A DNA stretch of 64,000 nt, taken from the NCBI GenBank assembly GCA_913009895.1, contig CAJVXY010000013.1:42-64041 (forward strand). The letters are read 5' to 3'. The notes beneath the pieces are model-generated. The model did not search any database and was not told the origin of the DNA. It worked only from the letters and a program-made list of their open reading frames with translations. Shown in pieces: positions 1-8,650 of this stretch. The position numbers and the translations under genes were made by a program. This stretch comes from an uncultured Acidiferrobacteraceae bacterium. Lineage in GTDB: Bacteria; Pseudomonadota; Gammaproteobacteria; Acidiferrobacterales; SZUA-150. How positions within the stretch are numbered: position 1 is the stretch's first letter; each line of letters begins with the position of its first letter.

Positions 1-197
1 TTGGGCGCGGTATCAATTCTATTGATTAATAAAACCCCGGATTCAAAATCTACAATCGAGGAATCGGCTGAACTATTTTCAGGTTTGAGATACCTGTAGC
101 GCTGGGTGCTTACTCAAACCCGGGTTTTGTTTGTCACAAAATATAGCTCATCACTATCAGCCTGCAATTTCTCATAAATAGTGGGCGTTGAACAAGA

Positions 198-1055
198 TTA
201 AGATAATTCTTTTACCTCTTTGATGATTTCTTCATAAGTAACATAGAATCTATTTTTATTTTCTGGATAAATATCAGCCATAAAAAATCTTTCTAAATAT
301 TCATAAAATGTTGGTTTTTCACTTATTTTATACATCTGTACAATATCCTGCGTACTTGGGGACTTGGTATCATTATTTTGAAGCTCTTGCCTTGCTTTTT
401 TTGCTCTACGCCAATATTCAGTATTTGTTGCATGCTTCGATAGGTAATTTTTAAATGCTGACCTGAACAACCATTCAGCAGTAATTATTGAGTATCTAAC
501 TTTATTTTCAGCGCTAGAATTTAGTTTTGAAAGCGCCTTATTTCCATCAAGCGAGGTTAGTAACTCTTTGTAGAAGGCTGTATAACTTGCCAGTAAATGA
601 CCTGATTCTGATTCTTCGGTAGGCCCTAACACTCCCCAGCATGGCGCTCGATCCATAGGTAGAATTATTTCCCCTAAATATGCGCCATTGCATATCGCAA
701 GTGTTATAAAAAAGTTGCACTTAGTGGCTATATTTATTTCTGTAAATAATGGTTTGAGTTCTTCCCAAGATATAAAAGTATTATCAGACAACACCAAACC
801 TTTTTTATCTTCACTTCCATGACACTCTATATGTAAGATAGGGTAATCACCGCTTTCCACAACAATATTTTTAAGTTTTTCAAGTTCACCCCAAAAGTCC
901 TTCTCAGTTTTTGCTGAAACTGTGTCAATTGATACATCTCTATCATGGAAGACACTTACCGCCTCTATGTCATCACGTAAAAAATTAAAAGTTTTCCATT
1001 CATTTTCTGGGAGTGATTCCAAAATTACGATGCGCGAAAAGTGATTTATATCCAT
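198..1055 (-). CDS. hypothetical protein with caspase/CHAT-like His-Cys dyad (putative C14-fold peptidase)
   Basis: 285-aa ORF. ILHIECHGSEDKKGLVLSD and FFITLAICNGAYLG fit the strand-HG ... strand-C-x-G layout of caspase-fold peptidases. Visibly AT-rich compared with the dsr region. Assignment rests on motif only. Confidence 0.45.
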   Translation of the reverse strand: MDINHFSRIVILESLPENEWKTFNFLRDDIEAVSVFHDRDVSIDTVSAKTEKDFWGELEKLKNIVVESGDYPILHIECHGSEDKKGLVLSDNTFISWEELKPLFTEINIATKCNFFITLAICNGAYLGEIILPMDRAPCWGVLGPTEESESGHLLASYTAFYKELLTSLDGNKALSKLNSSAENKVRYSIITAEWLFRSAFKNYLSKHATNTEYWRRAKKARQELQNNDTKSPSTQDIVQMYKISEKPTFYEYLERFFMADIYPENKNRFYVTYEEIIKEVKELS

Positions 1056-1088
1056 ATAAAGTATTTATTCTTAGAATCTGCCAAATTT

Positions 1089-1295
1089 TTACGAAGGGAT
1101 ACGTTGAGCGCCATAATTGACCACTCTAAAAAGGTGTTGATCAGTTCCCCAAGAATCTGTCAAACCGGCTCGCTGCCAAGTCAGTGAGTAATTGGGGTCA
1201 GGGTAAAAATACCTGAAGCTTAACCCGAAGCAGTGATGAGGTTTTATACTGACCCCAATTACCTTAATCTCTTTTGCATTTGAAACTATGCTCAT
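1089..1295 (-). CDS. small hypothetical protein (68 aa)
   Basis: ORF lies 11 nt after the upstream lipoprotein gene and 33 nt before the caspase-like gene, on the same strand. No recognisable motif. Confidence 0.3.
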   Translation of the reverse strand: MSIVSNAKEIKVIGVSIKPHHCFGLSFRYFYPDPNYSLTWQRAGLTDSWGTDQHLFRVVNYGAQRIPS

Positions 1296-1306
1296 TTCAA
1301 TTCCTT

Positions 1307-1744
1307 TTATCTGACTTCAATACGTAATTTTTTTGTCTTATCTTCAACAAACAACCATCCCCAGCCAATCAGAATCCCATTCTCAAAAACTAGTGGTGTC
1401 ATCTCATCGTCTGTAAGAGCACCATCTTGTTTCTTTAGATCAGTATAATAAAAAATTATTTCATAATTCTTGCCGGCTTCTGTCCTGATGCTTTCTATCC
1501 TGTATGGATTTGGAACAAGGGTATAGGGATTTCTTTGGTAGAAAGTCTTAGTGCCCATGATTTCTTTAACTTCTTGTTTTTTCATTCCTAATGATATTTT
1601 TTGAAGTCGGGAATTATTTATGGCGCGCATTTCTTCGATATGCATTTTTATTGGCTTCTCGCCAGTAGCTTTTTTATATGCAGAATTTGATGAGCACCCA
1701 GACACCAAAATGAAAAATAAAATAAATAGTAAAACCTTTTTCAT
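1307..1744 (-). CDS. lipoprotein, DUF3192/SmpA-OmlA-like
   Basis: N-terminus MKKVLLFILFFILVSGCSS is a signal peptide plus lipobox Cys. The C-terminal DDEMTPLVFENGILIGWGW resembles DUF3192-type small lipoproteins (recalled, not searched). Confidence 0.65.
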   Translation of the reverse strand: MKKVLLFILFFILVSGCSSNSAYKKATGEKPIKMHIEEMRAINNSRLQKISLGMKKQEVKEIMGTKTFYQRNPYTLVPNPYRIESIRTEAGKNYEIIFYYTDLKKQDGALTDDEMTPLVFENGILIGWGWLFVEDKTKKLRIEVR

Positions 1745-1928
1745 ATTTTATTTCCCTCCAAAAATTTACACTTCACAATTTCCAGGTTCTTAGACCTGCT
1801 GTTAACTATATCGAAACTATATTTACCGGGAATTGCTTGGATAATTATCTCTATATTAATAACGTCCAAGATTATACGGTATAAGAGGGGACGACAGTAA
1901 GCGTTCTTTAGTATAAAATCAGCGACTT

Positions 1929-3335
1929 ATGAAATATTTCCCCATATTTTTACGACTGGAAAACAAGCCCTGCCTGGTGGTTGGTGGCGGTGAAATTGCC
2001 CACCGTAAAGTTGAGCTGCTGAAACGTGCCAATGCGGCGGTGACTGTGGTGGCGCCGGAGTTGTGCAAACAAATGGCCACCTTGGCGGCATCGAATGAGA
2101 TTACCCATGTGGCAGGTGAGTTCGCCAAGGACCAGGTTGCCGGCAATGTATTGGTTATCGCCGCAACCAATGATCAGGCAGTCAATGCATCGGTTGCCAG
2201 TGCAGCCGACAAGCTGAGTATACCCGTTAACGTGGTTGATACGCCGGACCTGTGCCAGTTTGTCATGCCCTCAATTGTTGATCGCTCACCTATTGTGATT
2301 GCTATCTCCAGCGGGGGTACCTCGCCGGTCTTGGCCAGGTTAATTCGTGCCAAGCTGGAGTCAACCATACCAGCCGCCTATGGCAGGCTTGCCGGGCTGG
2401 CTAAGGAATACCGGGACAAGGTCAAGCAAACATTTGCCAACATTAACGAGCGCAGGATATTCTGGGAAAAAACGCTACAAGGCCGGGTGGCAGAACTTGT
2501 TTTTTCAGGACAGGAACAACAAGCCAAACATGAGCTGGAAGCTGATTTAAAAAGAAAAAAAGGAGACGCAGAAGTTGGTGAAGTTTACCTCGTCGGCGGT
2601 GGTCCGGGTGATCCGGATTTATTAACTTTTCGTGCCTTGCGATTGATGCAGCAAGCAGATGTCATTGTTCACGACCGACTGGTGTCACCGGAAGTACTTG
2701 ATTTGGTCAGGCGCGACGCGGTGAAAATTTATGCCGGCAAAGAAAAAGACAAACATGCGATACCCCAGGATAAAATAAACACGCTTTTGGTGAAACTGGC
2801 AAAAGAAGGCAAACGGGTTTGCCGATTAAAAGGTGGTGATCCTTTTATATTTGGTCGTGGTGGTGAAGAAATTGAATTACTTGCGAAGGAGGGCATTCCT
2901 TTCCAGGTGGTGCCCGGTATTACGGCCGCAGCCGGTTGCGCCGCTTACACCGGTATACCATTGACCCACAGGGATTATTCACAATCCGTGGCTTTTGTCA
3001 CCGGTCACTTAAAAGATGGTAATTTCAATTTAAACTGGGACGGGATCGCCAAGCCAAATCAAACACTGGTTATATACATGGGCCTGGTGGGGATTGACGC
3101 GTTATGCAAAGAGTTAATTTCACATGGCCTGGTTAAGAGCACGCCCGTTGCATTGGTACAGCAAGGCACAACCCGTCATCAAAGAGTCATTGTTGGTGAT
3201 CTGGACAGCATGCCAGACATGGTCAAAAAGAAAAAAGTAAAAGCGCCGACCTTGATTATTGTGGGAGAAGTGGTCAAGTTACGTGAAAGCTTAAACTGGT
3301 TTCACCCGTCGGAAGAACCGGAAATTACTAGCTAG
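1929..3335 (+). CDS. cysG: siroheme synthase (uroporphyrinogen-III C-methyltransferase / precorrin-2 dehydrogenase / sirohydrochlorin ferrochelatase)
   Basis: 468 aa. N-terminal Rossmann motif [13 protein letters not shown]-terminal tetrapyrrole methylase motifs [18 protein letters not shown] and [16 protein letters not shown]. Confidence 0.9.
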   Translation: MKYFPIFLRLENKPCLVVGGGEIAHRKVELLKRANAAVTVVAPELCKQMATLAASNEITHVAGEFAKDQVAGNVLVIAATNDQAVNASVASAADKLSIPVNVVDTPDLCQFVMPSIVDRSPIVIAISSGGTSPVLARLIRAKLESTIPAAYGRLAGLAKEYRDKVKQTFANINERRIFWEKTLQGRVAELVFSGQEQQAKHELEADLKRKKGDAEVGEVYLVGGGPGDPDLLTFRALRLMQQADVIVHDRLVSPEVLDLVRRDAVKIYAGKEKDKHAIPQDKINTLLVKLAKEGKRVCRLKGGDPFIFGRGGEEIELLAKEGIPFQVVPGITAAAGCAAYTGIPLTHRDYSQSVAFVTGHLKDGNFNLNWDGIAKPNQTLVIYMGLVGIDALCKELISHGLVKSTPVALVQQGTTRHQRVIVGDLDSMPDMVKKKKVKAPTLIIVGEVVKLRESLNWFHPSEEPEITS

Positions 3336-3345
3336 CTTTAATTAA

Positions 3346-4008
3346 TTATTTCTTTCCTTTTCGATTAATACCATTCTCAACGGCAATAACTGCTGCCTCG
3401 ACCCGGGAGTGGACACCCAGTTTACGCAAAATTGCTTTCACGTGAAGCTTGACGGTGCCATCGGTAATATCCAGTTCCCGGGCAATGACCTTGTTACTCT
3501 GACCATCGGCAATATGACCTATGATTTCACTTTCACGGGGCGTCAGGTTATCTAGTCCTGCGTGCCTGTCAGTGGGTTTATCTGGCTCGTCAGTTTTCCC
3601 CTGGACAATTCGGGTAAGCGAGCCAATGAGTTCTTTGGCTACGACATTGTCACCGGATAATGCCGAATTTAATGCCGGCACCAGGTCTTCCGGGTCCATG
3701 TCTTTCAGCAAGTAACCCTGGGCGCCGCTGCGCAGTGCTTCAGCAAGGTCCTGTTCCTCGCGACTCATGGTTAACATCAATACTGGCGTTTCAATTTTTT
3801 CAGACCTGAGCATCTGCAGTGTTTCCGGGCCTGTCATGCCCGGCATTTTCATGTCGAGTAAAATAATATCCGGTTTTAGTTCTTTAGCCTTTTCTATGCC
3901 TTCCTGACCACTGCCGACAGAGGCAGCGATATCGATGCCACGGCTCTGTAGTAATGTTTCAATACCCTTGCGCACCAGGGCGTGATCGTCAATAAGAAGT
4001 ACGCGCAT
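3346..4008 (-). CDS. NarL/FixJ-family response regulator (REC + LuxR-type HTH)
   Basis: MRVLLIDDH...ILLDMKMPGMTG receiver domain. C-terminal LTPRESEIIGHIADGQSNKVIARELDITDGTVKLHVKAILRKLGV. Overlaps the kinase gene by 20 nt. Confidence 0.9.
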   Translation of the reverse strand: MRVLLIDDHALVRKGIETLLQSRGIDIAASVGSGQEGIEKAKELKPDIILLDMKMPGMTGPETLQMLRSEKIETPVLMLTMSREEQDLAEALRSGAQGYLLKDMDPEDLVPALNSALSGDNVVAKELIGSLTRIVQGKTDEPDKPTDRHAGLDNLTPRESEIIGHIADGQSNKVIARELDITDGTVKLHVKAILRKLGVHSRVEAAVIAVENGINRKGKK

Positions 4009-5587
4009 TGGTAATTTCTCGAATTAAATTTGTTGAGTTACTTTTTTTATGAACAGCTGGAAAGTTTAAAGAAATTTGAGTACCTTCTCCGGGCTCGCTT
4101 TCTATAAATAGCGCACCTTCCAGTCTCTGCGCCCGTTCCTTCATAATTGAAATGCCGATATTTTCACCGGGCCGTGAGATATGTCCCGCTGTCTCAGACG
4201 ATTCTATACCATGTCCGTCATCCTCGATGAGAATGATAAATTCTTCATCAAGGCCGTATTTTAATAAAATTCTGACATTTGAGGCGTCACTGTGTTTTCT
4301 AACATTGGTTAATGCTTCCTGAATGATTCTATATACCTGCACTTCCTGGACTGGTGAAAAACTGTATTCATTCCATTCGTTTTGCAAAAAAACAGATATT
4401 TTTGTTTCATCCTTAAACTTCAAAACCAGGTCTTTAATGGCAGGGACAAGTCCACGGTCATCAATTCGTGATTTATAATTGCCAAGCACATCACGCAAAT
4501 CTTCATGGGCCTCATCAATCGCGGTTTTCAGTCTTCTTACTTCGTTTTGTGCTCCTCGTATATCTTTTTTATATAATATTTCACCCAGCATTTTAATTTG
4601 CAGGCGCATGCTAACCAATGATTGGGCCAGGGAGTCGTGCAACTCGTTGCCAATCATATTTCGTTCTTCCATGATGGCTAATCGACGTTCATTATCATCA
4701 AGCCGTGATTTTTCAATAGCCAACCCCAGATGTTTACCGATACTATTTAATAGATCCCTGACGTCTCTTCCCAGTTCTTCGCTTGGTCGTTTCAAAAAGA
4801 GATTATAAATTCCAAGAATCTTTTCCCGGTACTGGAGCGGGACAACCACTAATTCGGCACAGCCATCAACAAGCAAATCCTGGCCAATTATTTTGTTGCA
4901 GGTTTCGATGCCTGTCTGGATACCAATGCCACCATTTTTTGTAATATTGCCGCAGAGACAACGATCAATATCCATGCAATTTTCCTGTTTTATGATTTCG
5001 CTGGAAAAACCCTTGCTTGCGATTAATACAGTAGAATTATTTTCAGTCAACAATCTGACGCTCGCGGCTTTAGCATCTACCAATACCATCAACGTATCAA
5101 GAAATTGTTCAAGCAAGTCGTCGAGATTTCTGGCGGTGCTTAAATCAGTGGCAATATCATATAAAATTTCCAGGGATCTACTTTTGGCTGCGATATGATC
5201 GGTTTTTTCTTGAACTCGAATGTCCATTTCTTCAATTAATCCGGAAACCTCGTGGGTTAAATTATTAACATCAGAAATAACGCCTTTAAAAGCCGTTTCT
5301 TCTGAAAGGGGTATGTCTGTCTGGAGATCACCTTTGCGTAAACGGTCGGACCATTTTTGGAGTTCTGTGAATGGCAGCAATAATTTTTTAATAACAAAGT
5401 AATATAAACCTGCTACAAGACCAAGCATCAGTATATCAATAGCGATGTAAAATATTGGCGTGCTGGCTGCCATTGCCTGACTGCCACTGATAAGCAATAC
5501 AATAGCAAGGATTGCAATCCCCAAAACAAGGACAGTAATGATTACAAGGGGATGAAAAATATTTAGTTTGTTAGTGGCCAGTTTCAT
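3989..5587 (-). CDS. NarX-class sensor histidine kinase (2 TM, HAMP, Cys-rich GAF, HisKA_3, HATPase)
   Basis: 532 aa with N-terminal TM helices. H-box ERNMIGNELHDSLAQSL. ATPase motifs DDGHGI and GENIGISIMKERA. Central GAF-like region carries 5 Cys (ENCMDIDRCLCGN...ETCNK...DGCAE). Confidence 0.85.
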   Translation of the reverse strand: MKLATNKLNIFHPLVIITVLVLGIAILAIVLLISGSQAMAASTPIFYIAIDILMLGLVAGLYYFVIKKLLLPFTELQKWSDRLRKGDLQTDIPLSEETAFKGVISDVNNLTHEVSGLIEEMDIRVQEKTDHIAAKSRSLEILYDIATDLSTARNLDDLLEQFLDTLMVLVDAKAASVRLLTENNSTVLIASKGFSSEIIKQENCMDIDRCLCGNITKNGGIGIQTGIETCNKIIGQDLLVDGCAELVVVPLQYREKILGIYNLFLKRPSEELGRDVRDLLNSIGKHLGLAIEKSRLDDNERRLAIMEERNMIGNELHDSLAQSLVSMRLQIKMLGEILYKKDIRGAQNEVRRLKTAIDEAHEDLRDVLGNYKSRIDDRGLVPAIKDLVLKFKDETKISVFLQNEWNEYSFSPVQEVQVYRIIQEALTNVRKHSDASNVRILLKYGLDEEFIILIEDDGHGIESSETAGHISRPGENIGISIMKERAQRLEGALFIESEPGEGTQISLNFPAVHKKSNSTNLIREITNARTSY

Positions 5588-5747
5588 TACCAGAAGTAAA
5601 TCAGGATTGGGGCGCCACTATAATTGTTTAGCCTACAGGGGTATAGAGGTGAAAATGTACTGTCTTATAAGTTATTGTTTAATATGATAATTAACAAATA
5701 CTGTGCTTTAAATCGAGCTTCGGCGCATTCAAAAAGTTACTTTATAA

Positions 5748-6059
5748 TTATTTTTCAGGAGGTACATAATTCGGGTCATTTGGATTCATAAATATAAATT
5801 GCGGTTTTTTTTCTTCAACCTCCACATAATCTATTGTCATATCTTTCAAAAGATCCAGGATGGCAGGCGAAAAAACAACTGTTACGCCATTTTCCTGAAC
5901 CTGAACATCATCGTCCGTAGCCTCGTCAAATCCCATGCCGTATTCAAAAGCATTATTGTCATCTTTTTTCACCGCCAGTCTCAGGCTCATGCCCTCCATA
6001 CCACCTTCTTTTGCCGAGGCTAAAATCTGGTCGGCGGCTTTTTTTGATATCTTTATCAT
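5748..6059 (-). CDS. dsrR: DsrR, IscA/HesB-like protein lacking the Fe-S ligand cysteines
   Basis: MIKISKKAADQIL...MSLRLAVKK...YGMGFD is an IscA-like fold with no cysteine in the protein. It sits directly after dsrN, as in Allochromatium vinosum. I chose the internal Met (6059), 4 nt past the dsrN stop; the ORF could extend to 6098. Confidence 0.75.
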   Translation of the reverse strand: MIKISKKAADQILASAKEGGMEGMSLRLAVKKDDNNAFEYGMGFDEATDDDVQVQENGVTVVFSPAILDLLKDMTIDYVEVEEKKPQFIFMNPNDPNYVPPEK

Positions 6060-6063
6060 AGAA

Positions 6064-7440
6064 CTAGTCCTGTTTTTTAACGCGTGAAACAAATTCAAGA
6101 AATTCGTTGATCCAGGGATTTGATAACGTATTTCTCTGGTGTGCGTAAGTTGCGATTATATTATTTTTTATAAAACCATCCTGCCTGTTGGTAATGCCTT
6201 TTCCTCGAATGACATCAAAACCAAAGTTATATTTGTTGGAATTAAACTTTAGTTCAGAATAATGAAATTCATGGGCAGGCTGTTGTAGGTCTTGCTTGAT
6301 ATTATCATTAATCCAGGGGTGTTTTTCATTTTTTTTAAGGTAAACGTAACCTCTGCCTACCGGCCTGTCGTGCATAACGGAGCTTGCATCGATTACGCCA
6401 AGCATTTCAGAATACTCCCCATGCCAGTGGATACCATTACTTAAGTACATCAGGCCACCACATTCGGCATACACTGGCAGGCCTTTATTAATTTTGTCTT
6501 TAAGCAGGGCTCTCAATTCAGTATTGTCTTCCAGTTGCTTCATTCGGCTTTCTGGAAAACCGCCGCCAATAAACAAGCCATCTATCGGTGCAATCTGTTT
6601 ATCATTGATGGCATCAATAAAGACCAGTTTAGCGCCAGCTTGTTCAAATGCTTCCAGATCATCCTGGTAATAAAAACCAAATGCCTCGTCACGCAATATG
6701 CCTATGGTAAGCCCGGATGTTTTTTTTGTATCCATACCGGGTGCGATATCGTGTTTATCAACAGTGGCAGCAATATTTTTTAATTGTTCAATATCGATTT
6801 GTTTTGAGATATTTTCGGATATATTTTTTATTAATAAGTGAGCACTGGCGGTTTCATTGCTGGGTATCAGGCCAAGGTGTCTCTCAACAATCTCAAGTGA
6901 TGGGTCACGTTGGATGGCGCCCAATACGGGAATATCCGTGTACTCTTGTAAAACGCGCCGCAGTTTTTCTTCGTGGCGGTTACCGCCAACCTTGTTAAGT
7001 ATCACGCCGGCTATATTTACGTCAGGTTCGAATTTCTGAAAACCAAGCAAGAGTGGGGCAACACTTCGTGTAATACCCTGGGTATCAATCACCATAATTA
7101 CCGGGGTCTTAAGTAACTTTGCCAGGGCTGCACTACTGTTGCTGCCATCAAGATCAAGTCCGTCAGACAAACCCTTGTTGCCTTCAATAATGCTTATATT
7201 GGCGTTATTACTTTTAGAGTCGAATAAGTTTGTTATTTCATCATGGGTCTGGGTAAAAAAATCAAGATTATAACAGGGCCTGCCTGATGCCAGGGCCAGC
7301 CACATTGGGTCTATATAGTCGGGACCCTTTTTAAAGGGCTGAACCTTGAAATTTTTCTTATGAAGCGCTGCACATAAACCAAGTGTGACCGTGGTTTTAC
7401 CAGAGGATTTATGGGCTGCAGAAATTAATAAACGTGCCAT
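6064..7440 (-). CDS. dsrN: DsrN, cobyrinic acid a,c-diamide synthase-like siroheme amidase
   Basis: 458 aa. CbiA-type P-loop LISAAHKSSGKTTVTLGL. C-terminal glutamine amidotransferase region with YAECGGLMYL. Located in the dsr cluster. Confidence 0.85.
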   Translation of the reverse strand: MARLLISAAHKSSGKTTVTLGLCAALHKKNFKVQPFKKGPDYIDPMWLALASGRPCYNLDFFTQTHDEITNLFDSKSNNANISIIEGNKGLSDGLDLDGSNSSAALAKLLKTPVIMVIDTQGITRSVAPLLLGFQKFEPDVNIAGVILNKVGGNRHEEKLRRVLQEYTDIPVLGAIQRDPSLEIVERHLGLIPSNETASAHLLIKNISENISKQIDIEQLKNIAATVDKHDIAPGMDTKKTSGLTIGILRDEAFGFYYQDDLEAFEQAGAKLVFIDAINDKQIAPIDGLFIGGGFPESRMKQLEDNTELRALLKDKINKGLPVYAECGGLMYLSNGIHWHGEYSEMLGVIDASSVMHDRPVGRGYVYLKKNEKHPWINDNIKQDLQQPAHEFHYSELKFNSNKYNFGFDVIRGKGITNRQDGFIKNNIIATYAHQRNTLSNPWINEFLEFVSRVKKQD

Positions 7441-7443
7441 ACA

Positions 7444-8457
7444 TTAAGCAGCTGTTGAAAGACGATCCCGGTTCCTGTTTGCCCATAATTTGTTGGCCAG
7501 AGCTTCTGCATCTTTAAAGCTATCGGCCTGGCCGAGCATTTTCAGGACAATAGCCACAGTCCCGGTAATGGCCGCTTCGCCATATTCATTATTGCTTTCG
7601 CCACGCCAGACAGTAGTTAGTTCAGTAGGGTCTAGTGTGGCTGGTTTCACGTGTCTGCGGGGGAACATGGCCGGCCAGGTTTCATCAGCAAGGTTTTCGC
7701 CATGTAATGTTTTTACCAGGCAGTCCATATCAGGATTTCTTTCAATTTCTCCGCCTTCACCTTTGACTACCGCAGCATGTTTATGTTTTAGCAAAAGTGA
7801 GGCTTTTTGATGCATGGGGTGGTAAGCAGGGTGGTGAATGCCAGTAATCACGTATTCGGCATCAAACGGATTGAGCAGTCTTGCCACGGTGTGGACAGGA
7901 GAACGGAGACCAATGACAGGTCTGAGGTCTATGATTTCCTGAAGTCTTGGGGACATATTTTCCATATCAAGATAAGCAAAACCGGAAGTTTTTATTTGTT
8001 CGGCTGCTTCTTTTAGTGAAGTAGCGACGCCAATACCAAGCTGTTTCAATACATCCCGGGTATAGATACGGCCTTCAGTATGACCACTGGCACCATGCAT
8101 AAAAATATTAATATTATTTTCAGCTAGCAGCAGCGCGGCCAAAATATACCAGGGCAAATGTCTCCTCTTGCCGGCATAAGACGACCAGTCGATATGAATA
8201 ACAGGATGAGTCTTTGGAAAATTTTTAGTGTCGCGGAGTGTTTTTCGAATTGCATTTACAAAACCTGCAACTTCTTCTGGTGTTTCTTCTTTTACGCGCA
8301 TGAGTGTCAATATTGCGCCGAGCTGTTCGGGCGTGACTTCTTTGGCCATAATCATGGACATGACTGTTTCAGCTTCAGCCATAGAGAAATTACGCGAGCC
8401 CTTTCTTCCTTTGCCAAGGATTCGGACATATTGTGCGAATGGGTGTTCAGGAGTCAA
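7444..8457 (-). CDS. anthranilate phosphoribosyltransferase (TrpD)-fold protein, divergent, PRPP motifs degenerate
   Basis: 337 aa. N-terminal glycosyltransferase-family-3 helical domain (EAETVMSMIMAKEVTPEQLGAILTLMRVKEETPEEVAGFVNAIR). IDWSSYAGKRR replaces the GTGGD PRPP loop and MHGAS replaces KHGNR. Only 3 nt upstream of dsrN. Confidence 0.7.
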   Translation of the reverse strand: MTPEHPFAQYVRILGKGRKGSRNFSMAEAETVMSMIMAKEVTPEQLGAILTLMRVKEETPEEVAGFVNAIRKTLRDTKNFPKTHPVIHIDWSSYAGKRRHLPWYILAALLLAENNINIFMHGASGHTEGRIYTRDVLKQLGIGVATSLKEAAEQIKTSGFAYLDMENMSPRLQEIIDLRPVIGLRSPVHTVARLLNPFDAEYVITGIHHPAYHPMHQKASLLLKHKHAAVVKGEGGEIERNPDMDCLVKTLHGENLADETWPAMFPRRHVKPATLDPTELTTVWRGESNNEYGEAAITGTVAIVLKMLGQADSFKDAEALANKLWANRNRDRLSTAA

Positions 8458-8650
8458 TATAGAACCTCTTCGAGTTTTCCCCTGGAGTCTCTTCGAGACT
8501 CATCAGTTTGTTTTATCCTCTCGAGTCTGGTTCTGGGCTTTGTTCAAATTCCTGCGTCCCTGGAGTAGACCGAGAGTAGGGCGGTTATTATTGAAGTAAC
8601 CTATATTTGTCAAGAATAACAGGCTCTGCCAAATATAAACCTTATGGTTA

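Noticed and set aside
116-127. Perfect palindrome AAACCCGGGTTT downstream of the caspase-like gene.
   Set aside because: It is 12 nt with no loop and no flanking T-run, so it is neither a convincing terminator nor a convincing operator. It is also too close to the window edge to interpret.
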